Of a stretch of 64,000 bases of DNA, positions 1 through 13,446 are shown piece by piece. The DNA lies in contig OX597826.1 in assembly GCA_951406725.2 (NCBI GenBank), forward strand, positions 67,952,001-68,016,000, given 5' to 3'. The notes beneath the pieces were generated by a model. The model saw only the letters and a list, made by a program, of their open reading frames with translations, ran no database searches and was not told where the DNA came from. How positions within the stretch are numbered: position 1 is the first letter of the stretch; the number at the start of each line of letters is the position of its first letter. Origin of the DNA: Octopus vulgaris (taxonomy: Eukaryota). The translations under genes and the position numbers were made by a program.

Positions 1-326
1 TTTACTTGTTTCAATCATTTGACTGTGGCCATGCTGGAGCTGAGCCTTTAGTCTAGCAAATCGACCCCATGACTTATTCTTTGTAAGACCAGTACTTAAT
101 CTATCGTTCTTTTTTTCCGAACCGCTAAGTTACGGGGACGTAAACACACCAGCATCGGTTGTCAAGCGATAATGGTGGGGCAAATACAGACACACAAATC
201 CATTCACACGGCTTTGATCGGTCCGAGGCTAAGTAGAAGAGAGTTGCCCAAGTTGTTACGCAATGGGACTGAACCTGGAACCATGTAGTTCATAAGCAAG
301 CTACTTACCACATAGCCTCTCCTACG

Positions 327-328
<2 letters not shown>
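1..328 (-). mobile_element. SINE family A (tRNA-headed), internally deleted copy
   Basis: Reverse complement of the head GGCGTAGGAG.GGCT.TGTGGTAAGTAGCTTG and tail GCTCCAGCATGGCCACAGTCAAATGA seen in many copies here. Confidence 0.9.
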
Positions 329-385
<57 letters not shown>

Positions 386-439
386 TTGCAAACTTATATT
401 TAAGTGTACATATACACATACAAGAATATATACATATAA

Positions 440-480
<41 letters not shown>

Positions 481-724
481 TGTATGTATGTATACGTATG
501 TATATGTGCGTGTGTATACGGGTGTGGAAGATTTGCAATACTAAAGTCTCATCTGATGTTTCTAATCACAAAGCGAACATCATTGCTGGTGTTTTTCCTT
601 GCTGTTGTTATTGTCATCATCTTCGACTCGCTGCAATTGTTGGTGTTGTTGTTATTGTTGTTATCTTTGTGGAGTTCGCCGCCTTAGTTACAGTTTTTGT
701 TGTTGCGATTGTCGTTGTTTGGCT

Positions 725-1050
725 GCAGGTTAGACTTGATCAAGCAGATCGATGAAATGACAGAGAGATCCTATGATAGTCTTTATTGAAACTGTATTTC
801 CAATATTCGGATGTGATCTTGAGAGCGATTAATCTACGTTTTGTTGATTAGACTCAAGTCAACTTTTATCGATTCAAAACCAATGATCAAACGTTTTCCA
901 ACCATGACTATCACATGTTTTTTTTTCCTCTTAAGAAAATGCAGTGATTGCATAGTCTAATATCAGTTTTCTACTTTCAAGACGAGTGAATAGTTTGCAG
1001 TAAAATGCTCTGCTCTTTCTAGCTCATAAAACACCTACGTTGGAGCTCAC
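725..1050. repeat. Old degenerate interspersed repeat (related pieces at about 39140-39325 and 42140-42300)
   Basis: Shared degenerate motifs GATCAAA..TTCCAxCCATGACxATC and GCTGCTxTTTCTAGC. Confidence 0.4.
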
Positions 1051-1234
1051 AAAACGTCTCGCTTTTCTTTTTTATGATGATGGTCGTTGCGTTGGAGACG
1101 CTGATAATCTCATCGTTCCACTTGTGTGTTGTTTCCTGGTCAATTCTGTCACAGATTATTTCGATAATATTCAGGTAGACCTAACAAGAATGTCGTTCCA
1201 TCCGTGCCAATTTAATTTCATCATATATATATAT

Positions 1235-1312
<78 letters not shown>

Positions 1313-1339
1313 TAGATGTATATAATTGGATATATATAT

Positions 1340-1410
1340 AATTGGATGTTTAACATACCCCTTTGAAGGATTTCTTTTCCTACATATATATATGTACGTG
1401 TGTATGTATA

Positions 1411-1461
<51 letters not shown>

Positions 1462-1478
1462 TATACATACACACGTAC

Positions 1479-1525
<47 letters not shown>

Positions 1526-1604
1526 CATAGACGTATACATACACACGCACATATATATATGTAGGAAAAGAAATCCTTCAAAGGAATATGTTAAACATCC
1601 AATT
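1340..1604. repeat. Inverted repeat (about 55-bp arms) enclosing a (TA)/(TG) microsatellite
   Basis: AATTGGATGTTTAACATACCCCTTTGAAGGATTTCTTTTCCTACATAT at 1340 matches the reverse complement of 1549-1604 with about 2 mismatches. Confidence 0.9.
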
Positions 1605-1744
1605 CGCCGGTACTTCAGTTGGATACCATATAAATATTGGTATAATTCAATAACAAAGATAAATTAAATATAGAGATAATCTATTGACATATTCAATAAT
1701 TTATTTATATTAAAATATTATATTAAATACTATGAATATAATAT

Positions 1745-1805
<61 letters not shown>

Positions 1806-1854
1806 TATATATAATATATATATTTAATTTACCTTTATATATGTGTGTGTGAGT

Positions 1855-2454
1855 TAGGGGTTACAATAACCGACTAAGGGATGAAATATCCGTATATACT
1901 ATTCGTATCCGTAACCTGTATTATCCACAGGCGTCGCTGTGCAGCTAACAACAGGATAAACAAGAGTTTATCAGGGACCAATACAAATGATCAGAAACTG
2001 GAGAAAACCTCAGATTAACTATCACAACGATTGGACCACATTTATAGCGTATTTTTTAATGGAAAGCATGACATAACAAATAGGTGACGTAACATATCTT
2101 ACGGCCGTTTCCGCATCCGTTGACAAAATGCTGTCTATAAATAAATGCGAGAATAAAGTTCTTTATCTTCATAGGACATTAGAATTAAGGCACGCAGCTT
2201 CATCAGAGTAAGAAAAGGACATATAATATAAACAAAGAGCATTCAATATAAACAAAGGGAAGAAGGAAAAGGAATGAAAACTTTGCCTAGAAAAAACGTC
2301 TAAAAGCTCAATATGTTAAAAGCATATAATTTACCATCTAGGGGCTACGAGGTCCTTAGGTAAAAGAGTGAGCTAGTAATGGTTTAGGAAATACTACAAT
2401 TTATCAACGGATAGATGCAATTTAAAGTGGGAGTCAGGATGTTTTAATAAAGAA
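1855..2454 (-). mobile_element. Penelope-like element 3' end / pseudo-LTR remnant with degenerate hammerhead motif
   Basis: Minus strand reads FFIK..TPTLN (frameshifted; resembles the C-terminus of Penelope GIY-YIG ORFs), followed by CTGATGA...GAAACGGCCGTAAG (2208 to 2097), and ends in (CA)/(TA) repeats. Confidence 0.45.
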
Positions 2455-2560
2455 GGGTTCATTCCCACTGCGTTGCACCTTGGGCAAGTGTCTTCTACTA
2501 TAGCCTTGTGAGTGAGTTTGGTAGACGGATACTGAAAGAAGCCCGTCGTATATATATTTG

Positions 2561-2623
<63 letters not shown>

Positions 2624-2795
2624 GTGCATATGTTTGTGTGTCTGTGCTTGACCCTCCAACATCGCTTGACAACCGATAGAATAACTACTAGGTTTCCAAA
2701 GAATAAGTCCTGAATGGGATTTGTTCGACTAAAACGCGGTGCTCCAGCATAGCCGTAGTCAAATGACTGAAACAAGTAAAACAGTAATAAAAGAG
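2455..2795 (+). mobile_element. SINE family A, 5'-truncated, internal (TA)n
   Basis: GGGTTCATTCCCACTG..CACCTTGGGCAAGTGTCTTCTACTATAGCC ... GTCAAATGACTGAAACAAGTAAAA. Confidence 0.9.
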
Positions 2796-2879
2796 AGAGT
2801 AAGGAAAATACTAACATGATTATCAAACGGCGGTACATATGCTAACGAGGTAAACTCAGGTAAATTAAACAATTACCGT

Positions 2880-3628
2880 AGTGTGCTTAAAAAAATATAC
2901 TCACAGAAATTATTCCCGAGAATCCTACCTCAGACTTGCCTCATTGTAGTCCATAATTCAGCTCATCTTTGGTGTGACAAGGTGTTTTGTTGGCGTCTCG
3001 CTCAACTGCGTCCCACATATTATAATCAAGGGGGCTGTAGTCTGGGGAATTATGTAGCCAGATGTTAAGGATAATGTGATCGGAGACATTGTTTGACAGC
3101 AATCACTGGGTCCTCCTGCTTGTGTGACATGGTGCAGAACCCTGTTGCCAGACATAGGGTCTTCCATCAGTCACCTCCGTGCCCCAGGGCAGAACTATGT
3201 CCGCCAAAATCTTGATGTAGGCCTGTGTTGAAAGGAGGAATAACGTCGCCATCACTAGTGTTCACTCCAAACACAATCATGTTCACTGTATGCTTGACTT
3301 TTATCACTCTCGGTACATGTCCTCAGATTGCATTGTCCACCGATTGACACCCAAACAATCTGAAATCTTCGTATTGGAGCCTCCGGCGAAAATGCCAGAC
3401 GGAATAGCATGTTGTTTCCAAACGTCTAGCAGAGTGAATTGCGTCATGGTGCTGTTTTTTTTCTTCTCTCAGACGGCGCCCAACTGACCCTACCGCTGTC
3501 TGTAGTCGACATAATCAAAAACGAACAATGCACAAGCGAGAAATTTTCCAATTGCACCTGTACATATAGTTCAAATTTACAAGAAACAAAAGGTGACGAT
3601 GGGTGTGAGAACAACAAGCGGGTGTATT
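2880..3628 (-). pseudogene. Decayed Tc1/mariner transposase, maT (DD37D) type
   Basis: Minus strand about 3178-2960 translates GRPYVWQQGSAPCHTSRRTQ*LLSNNVSDHIILNIWLHNSPDYSPLDYNMWDAVERDANKTPCHTKDEL. There are 37 residues between the (mutated) second Asp position and the LDY Asp; stop codon and deletions present. Confidence 0.85.
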
Positions 3629-3669
3629 AGGAAGCACGTAAAAGTATTATATACATACATACATACATA

Positions 3670-3714
<45 letters not shown>

Positions 3715-3763
3715 TATATAAATAAATATATATATATATATATGTATATTTATATATGTGTAG

Positions 3764-3811
<48 letters not shown>

Positions 3812-4352
3812 ATATATATGAAATATATATATATGTATATGTATGTATAGATAATATTTTATATATAAATATATATATTTGGTGTACTGCTGTTTGTGGG
3901 GAAAAAGTATTGCGTCCCATCAGTTACTGTATAGCATTTAGCTACCAATTTATGCTTGTGCGTATATATTTAAATATACAGAATATTTATGAATGTTAAT
4001 ACAGAAAATTACTTTTCTGTGTAACCAAGTACAGGAAATTGTTTTCGAATTTGCATTTTATATTAAAGAAAATTGATTTTGTAAATTAAAAGTCTTAAAG
4101 GTGACTAGGTCATACCTCTGCTGGAAGAGCGAATAGCCTCTATTTAAATGCAAAAGATGGAAAAGTTGAAAATAAAAAATAAAAAATACAACAGCACGTT
4201 TTTATGAATAATATAATTGCTGAATTAGTTTTATTCCACTTCTGTCTCGATATCACTCAAATGTAGAATATTATTAATTTACGTATGTACAATGTAATTC
4301 ATGTATATTTATGAATGTAAAGATATATACATATACATATATACATACATAC

Positions 4353-4383
<31 letters not shown>

Positions 4384-4409
4384 TGTATGTATGTATGTAT
4401 ATATGTATG

Positions 4410-4442
<33 letters not shown>

Positions 4443-4453
4443 ATATTTATATA

Positions 4454-4521
<68 letters not shown>

Positions 4522-6039
4522 AAGTTGCGGGGGAAATGGTATTAAAGAGAACTGGAAATGAATTATAGAAGAAACGCTGTGGCCAGGCAGTTTGAATCCG
4601 AAGACCAAAGAGCAAACAATCTAGAATCGACGATAAAATGAAATTGAAATCTACCAAACGATAAATGGAAGTGAGAAATACCAATCGAGAAAATGAAAGT
4701 GAAAGAAGATGTAATCGTTTCCATGAAAGTAGAACTAAATCTCAGACAACATGAATGGCAATTTATAAGCAGAGCTGCGTTTGAGTCTAACAAAACCTTA
4801 GGTTATTAATCTGATTCAGTTGCCTTGATTGACGGGATTTAGATCAAAAATGTGCAAGGTGCAATATAAAAGTATATGCGAAAACAATATCTACAGAGTC
4901 CCTTCATCTATCGTTGGAGCGTAGTGGAGCAGAATCAAATAGAATAAAATTCTCGAAACCAAATGATTTCTTTTCGAACTTCTGTACCTGAAATGAAAGT
5001 CAGATATCAATATTCGGAATACAGAGGAAGGTTTAGCATCGCTTCTTCGACTTTCAGATTCTGATCATTAGTACTGACAGTTAAACGTCAGTGATGAGGA
5101 ATGAGGTCACACGAAGCAATGTAATAACGAAATTCCAAGCCGTTTTGAAGCAGTGGATTTTGAAATTCTAGAAATTTTACATCAACGCATTTGATATGCA
5201 ATAAGTTTTCAAAACGTTCTCTTGAAAATATTACGGAAACATAAGATAAAGTACGTTCTAACGAACAGGATTGTCAGTTTAATGCTCCTTTTGGCCATAA
5301 GTCTAATAATTCTGCAAAAGCAGAAATAATTACATCTGATTTGCAGAAATACACCAGTCATAAGTCCAGCTGCAATATCATCTCATGTTTGTGGAAAGGA
5401 CATGACGGATACAATTTTAGTTGACTAAAGATATGATACAAATAAAGTAAGTATCGACTAATTAAATCTGTGCCTAGTGGTTTATGTTCAAATGTATTGG
5501 AAATCCACTTCACTTTCGTCGACACATTACAAAAGTTTATACCGGATGTGAATACAAAACCAAATCAGATAACGATGGCAGTTGAAAAATATATTCACCT
5601 CACAGACACCTTGAATAATGAAGAAAATAAAACGAAATTTGGTCAACTTGCTATCCAGTCATCATCTTTCAAAGGCGAGTCAAAAGACGTAAATGGATAC
5701 ACTAAAGATGCTATTATCTGCGGAAAAGAATTTAATCATTTTTTCGCTTGTAATCCGAAACGGACTGCAAAAGGAACAGAAATGTATCGAGACCATAAAA
5801 TTCAACAGCAGCATAATATTACAGTAAGTGCTTTCTGTCAAAAAGTTATTAAGTTGAAAGAATTGTTGTGAAATGATATATCTTCGGAAAATTTTGCTGT
5901 GCATCATACAATGGCAGGAATGTGGCTTCACTCATTCCATTTAGGAGTTTATTTGTTCATACATTTGATAACTTCTCGTGAGTATTGATGAAAATGATGC
6001 CATCTCTCCCATGGTCAATTCTTTTTATACCTTTCATTT

Positions 6040-6712
6040 TCTTGTTTCAGCCAAAGAACTGCGACCTGGCTGGAGCAACGTCTTGAAAGTCTGAGTCGAA
6101 CAAATAGACTCAAGTAATTATTCATTAGGGCTGGTACATATTCTATCCAACTACTCTGTTAAAGGGACGTGAAAAGAAGCCAACACCGCGCTGCAAGCAG
6201 CCAGAGGGTCATACTACAGGGCAACGACATACTAACATATAGAAAAAAAAACGTCGACCTTTTCAAGCCTAGCCAGGCTTATGGGCCCGGTTTCCCGGTT
6301 TCCGTGGCGTATGTGTTGCCCCCAATTGGATGGGACGCCAGTCAACCGCAGCGTTACTCAAGAACGAGGAAGAGAGAGTGAGAGAAAGTTGTGGCGAAAG
6401 AGTACAACAGGGGTCACCACCCCTGTCGGAGCCTCGTGGAGCTTTTTTTAGGTGTTTTCGCTCAATAAACACACACAACGCCCGCTGCCCTAACCACTGG
6501 GCCATTGCACCTCCACATACTAACATATAGCAACACACATATATAGACACAAAAGCATGACGTCCTTTCACAGAGTGTCCGTCAACTAAGTTCACTTATA
6601 AAGCATTTGTCGGCCCGGATATGTAGTAGAAAATACTGGCCCGAGGTACCGCAAACCGGGACAGAAACCGAATCCTCCTGATTGCAAAGCGGGCTTCTTA
6701 ACCACATACACT
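6040..6712 (-). mobile_element. Old SINE A split by a nested SINE C insertion
   Basis: Degenerate A tail at 6040-6240 and A head at 6540-6712 flank the element at 6262-6514. Confidence 0.65.
6262..6514 (-). mobile_element. SINE family C (tRNA-headed)
   Basis: Head GGAGGTGCAATGGCCCAGTGGTTAGGGCAGCGG on the minus strand; homologous to 23861-24238 and 35628-35738. Confidence 0.85.
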
Positions 6713-7485
6713 GTAAATTTCTTTCCTCATACTCAGAAGTAACAATATTTGTGGTGTCTTTTAACTTCAGACAGAAAAGAAAATAATATACCTAATAATA
6801 TTGTATAACATATAGCAGTGCCGTAGTTATTTGGAAAATAGTTACTGAGATGAAAAATAATTTATTTGGGGTAATTATGTAAATAATTACAGCATTTTTA
6901 AAATGCATCTTTCATTATCAATAAAATAAAGTATAAGAAAATTTATTATTTTAGGTTCAATGTTTGTTTATGTTTTTCTGAATCCATATGATACACCACT
7001 TAGAAAGTCTTTTTAAATTGCTCGATGCAGGAATTTTTGAACGAATCAAAATTCTCGATGCAAATGAAAAATTGATTATGAGCAAATTTTAAGGCAATTT
7101 GTCTAAAATACAGTGAATTCATGATGTTGTATTAATTTTTGGTATTAATAATTAGAAGCAAGACTCAGCAGATAATTAAACTCCAATAAATTTCTACAAA
7201 GCAATAAATATATGAATATTTCCATCTATATAGAGAATCGGTTAAAACAATTGCTGAGAGCAACATATTGACAGCAGGGATGATGTATGCATTCGTTCTT
7301 GCTTCTAGCACGGTAGACTCGAACGTTGATATGCTAAATATTGTTGCATTAAGCCTACGGAGAATAACCTCGCACAGCACCCTCGAATTTTGAGCAAAAA
7401 GGACATTAAAATACCCGCATCATTGTAACTATACATACATATCTATATTCACGGTTACATATGTATATATGTGTATATATGTGTA

Positions 7486-7533
<48 letters not shown>

Positions 7534-7544
7534 TATGTGTGTGT

Positions 7545-8200
<656 letters not shown>

Positions 8201-8285
8201 ATATATACATGCATAAATATATATATATATAGACATACAGACATATATATATGTATGCCTGTACATGGTTGCATGCGCGTTTGTG

Positions 8286-8354
<69 letters not shown>

Positions 8355-8360
<6 letters not shown>

Positions 8361-8775
8361 AACTAAAATCATTGAATAAGCAAATACAAAGTCAACCGCA
8401 TGTCATTTCATAATTCGAACATTTAATTATAGAATAAACATATAACCCGCAAGATGGAACAAAATTCATATGTACAGCACGTAATAATAATAATATGGTG
8501 TGGTGCGAGAAAAATTCTTATCATTAAAACTTAGAATTAATATTCTAGCGATTCAAAGAGAATACATTTATAAAAGGACGTAGAAAGTAAAATATAATAT
8601 AAGTAATATATAAAAATATATAGGTATATAAAAATATAGGCATATAAAAATATATAAAACATATATAAATATATATACATATAGGAGCATATAAAAAATA
8701 TAATATATATATATATATATATATCGTGTAAATAAAGTAAAATAATGTTCATCGTTTAGAAATCTTAATCAGGTA
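8355..8775. repeat. AT-rich dispersed repeat, copy 1 (inverted copy at 50960-51335)
   Basis: CCGCATGTCATTTCATAATTCGAACATTTAAT..CCCGCAAGATGGAAC..GTTCATCGTTTAGAAATCTTA aligns to the reverse complement of 50960-51335; both start at a (TA)n. Confidence 0.85.
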
Positions 8776-9423
8776 AAATAAGCCTTATATATAAGAAGGA
8801 AATCATGTTTACTTATCCCTATGGCCATTTTAGGGGTGTATTATGTTTAAAGCACTAGGGTGCATTTCGATAATACCTCCCTTCTATTGCAGTCCTATTA
8901 AACCTTTTTTTGTTCCTGACAAGAAACAATTATTGTATCGATATATATATATATATATATGCATATAACAGTTGAATAAAGTAAAAACATGGATTGCTTT
9001 TTATGTTTTTTATTAGCGTATTGAACTTTTTCTTACAATGTTGAAGTGTGTTTAACATTAAAAAGATATTTTGTAATGTTCGAACATTACAAAATATTTT
9101 TTTATGTTCAACAAACTGCAACATTCTAAAAAAAATGTTTTTGAAATACAATAATAAAAACCGTAAAAAGCAGACCATGTTTTAACTTTACTCAACTGAT
9201 ATATTATTCTATAAAACTTTACACTATTTCGGAAAAAAATATATGTATGTATATGTGTCAGTGTGTTTGTATAAGACGGGCTTCTTTTACCCTCTTTCTG
9301 CCAATTCACTGACAAAGCCTTGGTCGGCCTGAGGCTACGATAGTAGACAATACGGTTGAACCCGGAACCATAGTGTTGGCGATCATGTGGCCATCATGAG
9401 AATAAAAATCTTCAGTGGTAATA

Positions 9424-9731
9424 ATTGTCATTAAAATTATAATTTAGGGTATCTAAGAGATACCATCAACCTCGAAATAGCAGCCAAAATTTGAATCTAA
9501 AACGACATTAAAGGTACATACAGTACCAGGAGGGAAGACAAAGGAACAAAATAAACTAGCAAAAAAAATATCCAGTAATTTTTTTTTTTGTTTTGCTAGT
9601 TTATTTTGTCTCTTTGCCTTCTCTCCTGGTGCTGCATGAATACTTAATGCGGTTCTAGAGCCATGTTTTGGCTGCTATTTCCAGCGTGGTGGTATCTCTT
9701 AGATACCTTCAATTATAATTTTAATAATAAT
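9424..9731. repeat. About 300-bp foldback (imperfect palindrome), MITE-like
   Basis: Arms GGTATCTAAGAGATACCA..GAAATAGCAGCCAAAA..ACAAAATAAACTAGCAAAA versus TTTTGCTAGTTTATTTTGT..TTTTGGCTGCTATTTC..TGGTATCTCTTAGATACC, centred near 9575. Confidence 0.9.
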
Positions 9732-10323
9732 AATAATAATAAATATATATAGGTGTTAGTGGACAGACAGGGAAGAGGCATTCAACACATTTCTTAAGAA
9801 TAACCTATTTTATTATTTAAATATTTTCTTCGACTTCTTACAGAAACCTACTTCGTTTACATCAATATATTAGATAAGTGTAAGGGAAAATTCCTAAAGA
9901 CATAGGTAAACGTGCTACAGATCTTATAATTAATTGAATGTATTTTCCTTTTAATATACAAAACGTACCCACCAGACGTTTATAAGAAATAACAAGAAAC
10001 AAGCATAACTCCAAATAATAATTTGATTGAAATTTCTGAATTACAACAAAGGTGTGTATTTGGCTTTAAAATTATTAATAATATGGTGAGCGTTTTTCAG
10101 TCCTTACTTTTTTCTAACCTCCCAGCAATGTGAATTCTAGTCCTTTCGCAAGGCAGAGATTAATGAATACACCCATTGTGAATATTTGCCAAATACACAA
10201 TGTAGCGGGTATAGGTGTCCCGCTGAAAATTATGTCTTCGATTACGTCGTATTTCACTGAACGATGCCACATACCGGGGTGATATTGCTTTCGGTGTGGC
10301 GTGCAAACCTAGAAACAACGGCG

Positions 10324-10580
10324 TGATACGCCATCCGTCGCATCGGATACGCCGTCCGTCACATGGGATACGTCATCCGTCGCATCAGATACGTCATCCG
10401 TCGCATCAGATACATCCTCTGTCGCATCATATACGTCCTCCGTCGCATCACATACGTCCTCTGTCGCATCATATACGTCCTCTGTCCCATCAGATACGTC
10501 CTCCGTATCATAGGATACGCGCTCCATCGCATCACATACGTCCTCTGTCGCATCAGATACGTCCTCCGTCGTATCGGAGA
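10324..10580. repeat. 21-bp minisatellite, about 12 copies (ATACGTCCTCTGTCGCATCAG)
   Basis: Direct 21-bp periodicity; reads (DATEDVS)n on the minus strand. Confidence 0.95.
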
Positions 10581-11724
10581 TCTACACGTTTCTGTGTAGT
10601 TTCAATATTCTCGCATGAATTGAATGCAAATACACGACTTGCATGTCTCACGGATTAAAACCAGTGTGTACCTGCACGTTTTCATGTAATCTTTCACTTC
10701 CGAAATATCTGCACCCTGTGGTAAGACAAGTCACAGTACGGATTCACACACAGTACTGAACCACAAAAAATTTTATCTACCTGACTATTAGGTCGCAATA
10801 CTATACAGTTGCTGTGTGTGAGATACGAAATCCTCGTCCCCACTGTTATTTCGCACGTTCGGATGCCTTCTACTCAACTCTGCTCTACCGTCCTCTTTTC
10901 TAGTCTCTGCTAATACTTCTCGAGGTCTAGACTTCTCCCTCTATATCTACGTATTGGGCTAGTCTACTTCGTCGTCTGGCGGCGTCCACACAACAATGAC
11001 AGAAATTCCACGATACCACCTTACGTAATAAACACACTGGCATACCGACTTCTGACTCCATTCTCCACCGATAAAAGCAAAACAAGGTAAAAGGTAAAAC
11101 AAACAAAAAATACTGTACATAACTTCAAAAAAAAGAAATAATAATAAAACAAACGAGCAAATTACGTTTTAGACAGATTGGTCACCTCTATAGAATTTGA
11201 AAATTTTTCGTACGCAGTTTTCGAAGTATCTGTTCTCTTATGACACTCTTCCAAATTATTCGTAGGCGATATTTTACCAAAATATGCAGATAGCTTTATA
11301 GATAACATCACACTCACAAATTCACACCATCCTCCATATTCTAAACTATTCTAAACAAATTTAAAATAAACTAGACTGCATCAACAAATTTAATCTAGAA
11401 CTTAGCAAACCCACTTTCTCATTATGTATAGAAAGAACTGAACAATGCAAGCAATCATCAGATTCACTAACATAAACATACCACGTACACAAGAAACAAA
11501 ATTATTTTAAGTTACACATCCTTATTCACATTTACAATAAACTACAAGATAGTAAACCGCTCCACAGCAAACGTTACAGGGATATAAGTAGGGAAATCAT
11601 TCACAATATATATATGGTTATAAGAATAATAAGATCTAACGAAAATAGTAAACTCATCACGGTTTATGTGAAACCTCAATTTAACACAATCCACAGTCAC
11701 TTTTTAATCTATCTTTTTTTTTTC

Positions 11725-12140
11725 TTTTGTTTCATTCATTTGACTGCGGCCATGTTGGAGCACCGCCTTTCGTCGAGCAGATCGACCCCAGGACTTATTC
11801 TTTGTAAGCTTAGTACTTATTATATCGGTCTCTTTTACCGAAGCGCTAAGTAAACACACCAGCATCGATTTTCAAGCGATGGTGGTGGGGACAAACACAG
11901 GTACACAAACATATATACATACACACATACAAACATACACACACAATAGGGACACACGCGCACACACACATATATATATATATGACAAGCTTCTTTCAGG
12001 TTCCATCTCCGAAATCTACTCACAAGGCATTCGTCGGCCCGAGGCTATAGAAGGAGATACTTGCCCTAAGTGCCACGCAGTGGGACTGAACCCGGAACAA
12101 TGTGGTTGGTAAGCAAGCTACTTATCACACAACCACTCCT
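11725..12140 (-). mobile_element. SINE family A, near full length
   Basis: Tail, internal (CA)/(TA) tract and tRNA-like head all present. Confidence 0.9.
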
Positions 12141-12699
12141 CAGAGGCATTTCGTCTTTACGTTCTGAGATCAAATCCCGCTCAAGGCAACTTTGCGTCTA
12201 TAACTTCGGGGTCGATCAAATACATCCTAATTTAGCACTGGGGTCGGTAAAAACCGGACTTTCCTCTCGCTACGTAAGGAACGGGTCCTGCGCTAAATTT
12301 CGAAACTATATTATCTGAATCCGACTATTACCAACAGCATCAATACCTCGCTCTTGGCTGAAAAGTATCACTATTTCCACAACAAATTCCATGGACATAA
12401 ATCCTCAGCAGGTGGAGTGGCGCCTTTCTCTCCATCCGATAACTATATGACGTGAATGGTCATTATCTCTTTCGAAATGGCAAATACAATCCCCTTAATC
12501 ACACTCTTTCCCTTAATTGTAACTATGCAATCCTCTTAGACACACCTTCTTCCTCACCTAACACGAATACAGGTTTCCAAACCTCTCCCGCCCTCTTACG
12601 TAACCCTTCATGAACACTTCTTCCCGTTTAACTAAATCCAATAGCATCCTCATAGTCACGAGGATGCTAATCCCGTTAACCCTCCCTTCCTTTCCTCCC

Positions 12700-12814
12700 C
12701 TTCATAAAATGATAATAATCATCGTCCTCACCTCTATCATCATCATCATTATCACCAGCATCATCATACACATAATCATCTTCGTCCTTGTCGTCCTCGT
12801 TGTCTTCATCAGCA

Positions 12815-12847
<33 letters not shown>

Positions 12848-13141
12848 TTCATCGCCGTCGTTGTTGCCACTGTCTTCATGATGGGTACGACGAAGACGAC
12901 GACCAACACCACCGCCCGCCACCGTGACCACCGCCATGACCATAAACATCATCATCGTTAACATCATCTTCATCATCATCATCATCATCATCATCATCGA
13001 CATCACCATCACCAACATCACCATCATCATCATCATCATCGTCATCATCATTACCATCATCATCATCATCATCATCGTCATCATCATTATCATCATCATC
13101 ATCATCATCATCATCATCGACATCCCCATCGCCAACATCAC

Positions 13142-13175
<34 letters not shown>

Positions 13176-13446
13176 GACATCACCATCGCCAACATCACCA
13201 TCATCATCATCATCATCATCATCACCACCACCACCACCACCACCTCCACCATCATCATCATCATCATCATCACCATCATCATCGTCGTCGTCGTCGTCAT
13301 CACCATCATCGTCATCATCATCATCATCGTTATCGTCATCATCATGGTTATCGTCATCATCATCGTTATCATCATCATCGTCATCGTTATCATCATCGTC
13401 ATCATCATCATCATCATCATCATCATCACCATCGTTATCATCATCC
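12700..13446. repeat. Degenerate (CAT)n/(CAC)n/(CGT)n trinucleotide tract
   Basis: Direct inspection. Confidence 0.95.

Noticed and set aside
1023-1174. Possible exon HKTPTLELTKRLAF..DNIQ
   Set aside because: The acceptor lies within a degenerate interspersed repeat and the donor is weak.
10296-10658. His/Pro/Arg-rich ORF (IRPPSHH)n
   Set aside because: Open because of the 21-bp repeat; several frames on both strands are equally open.
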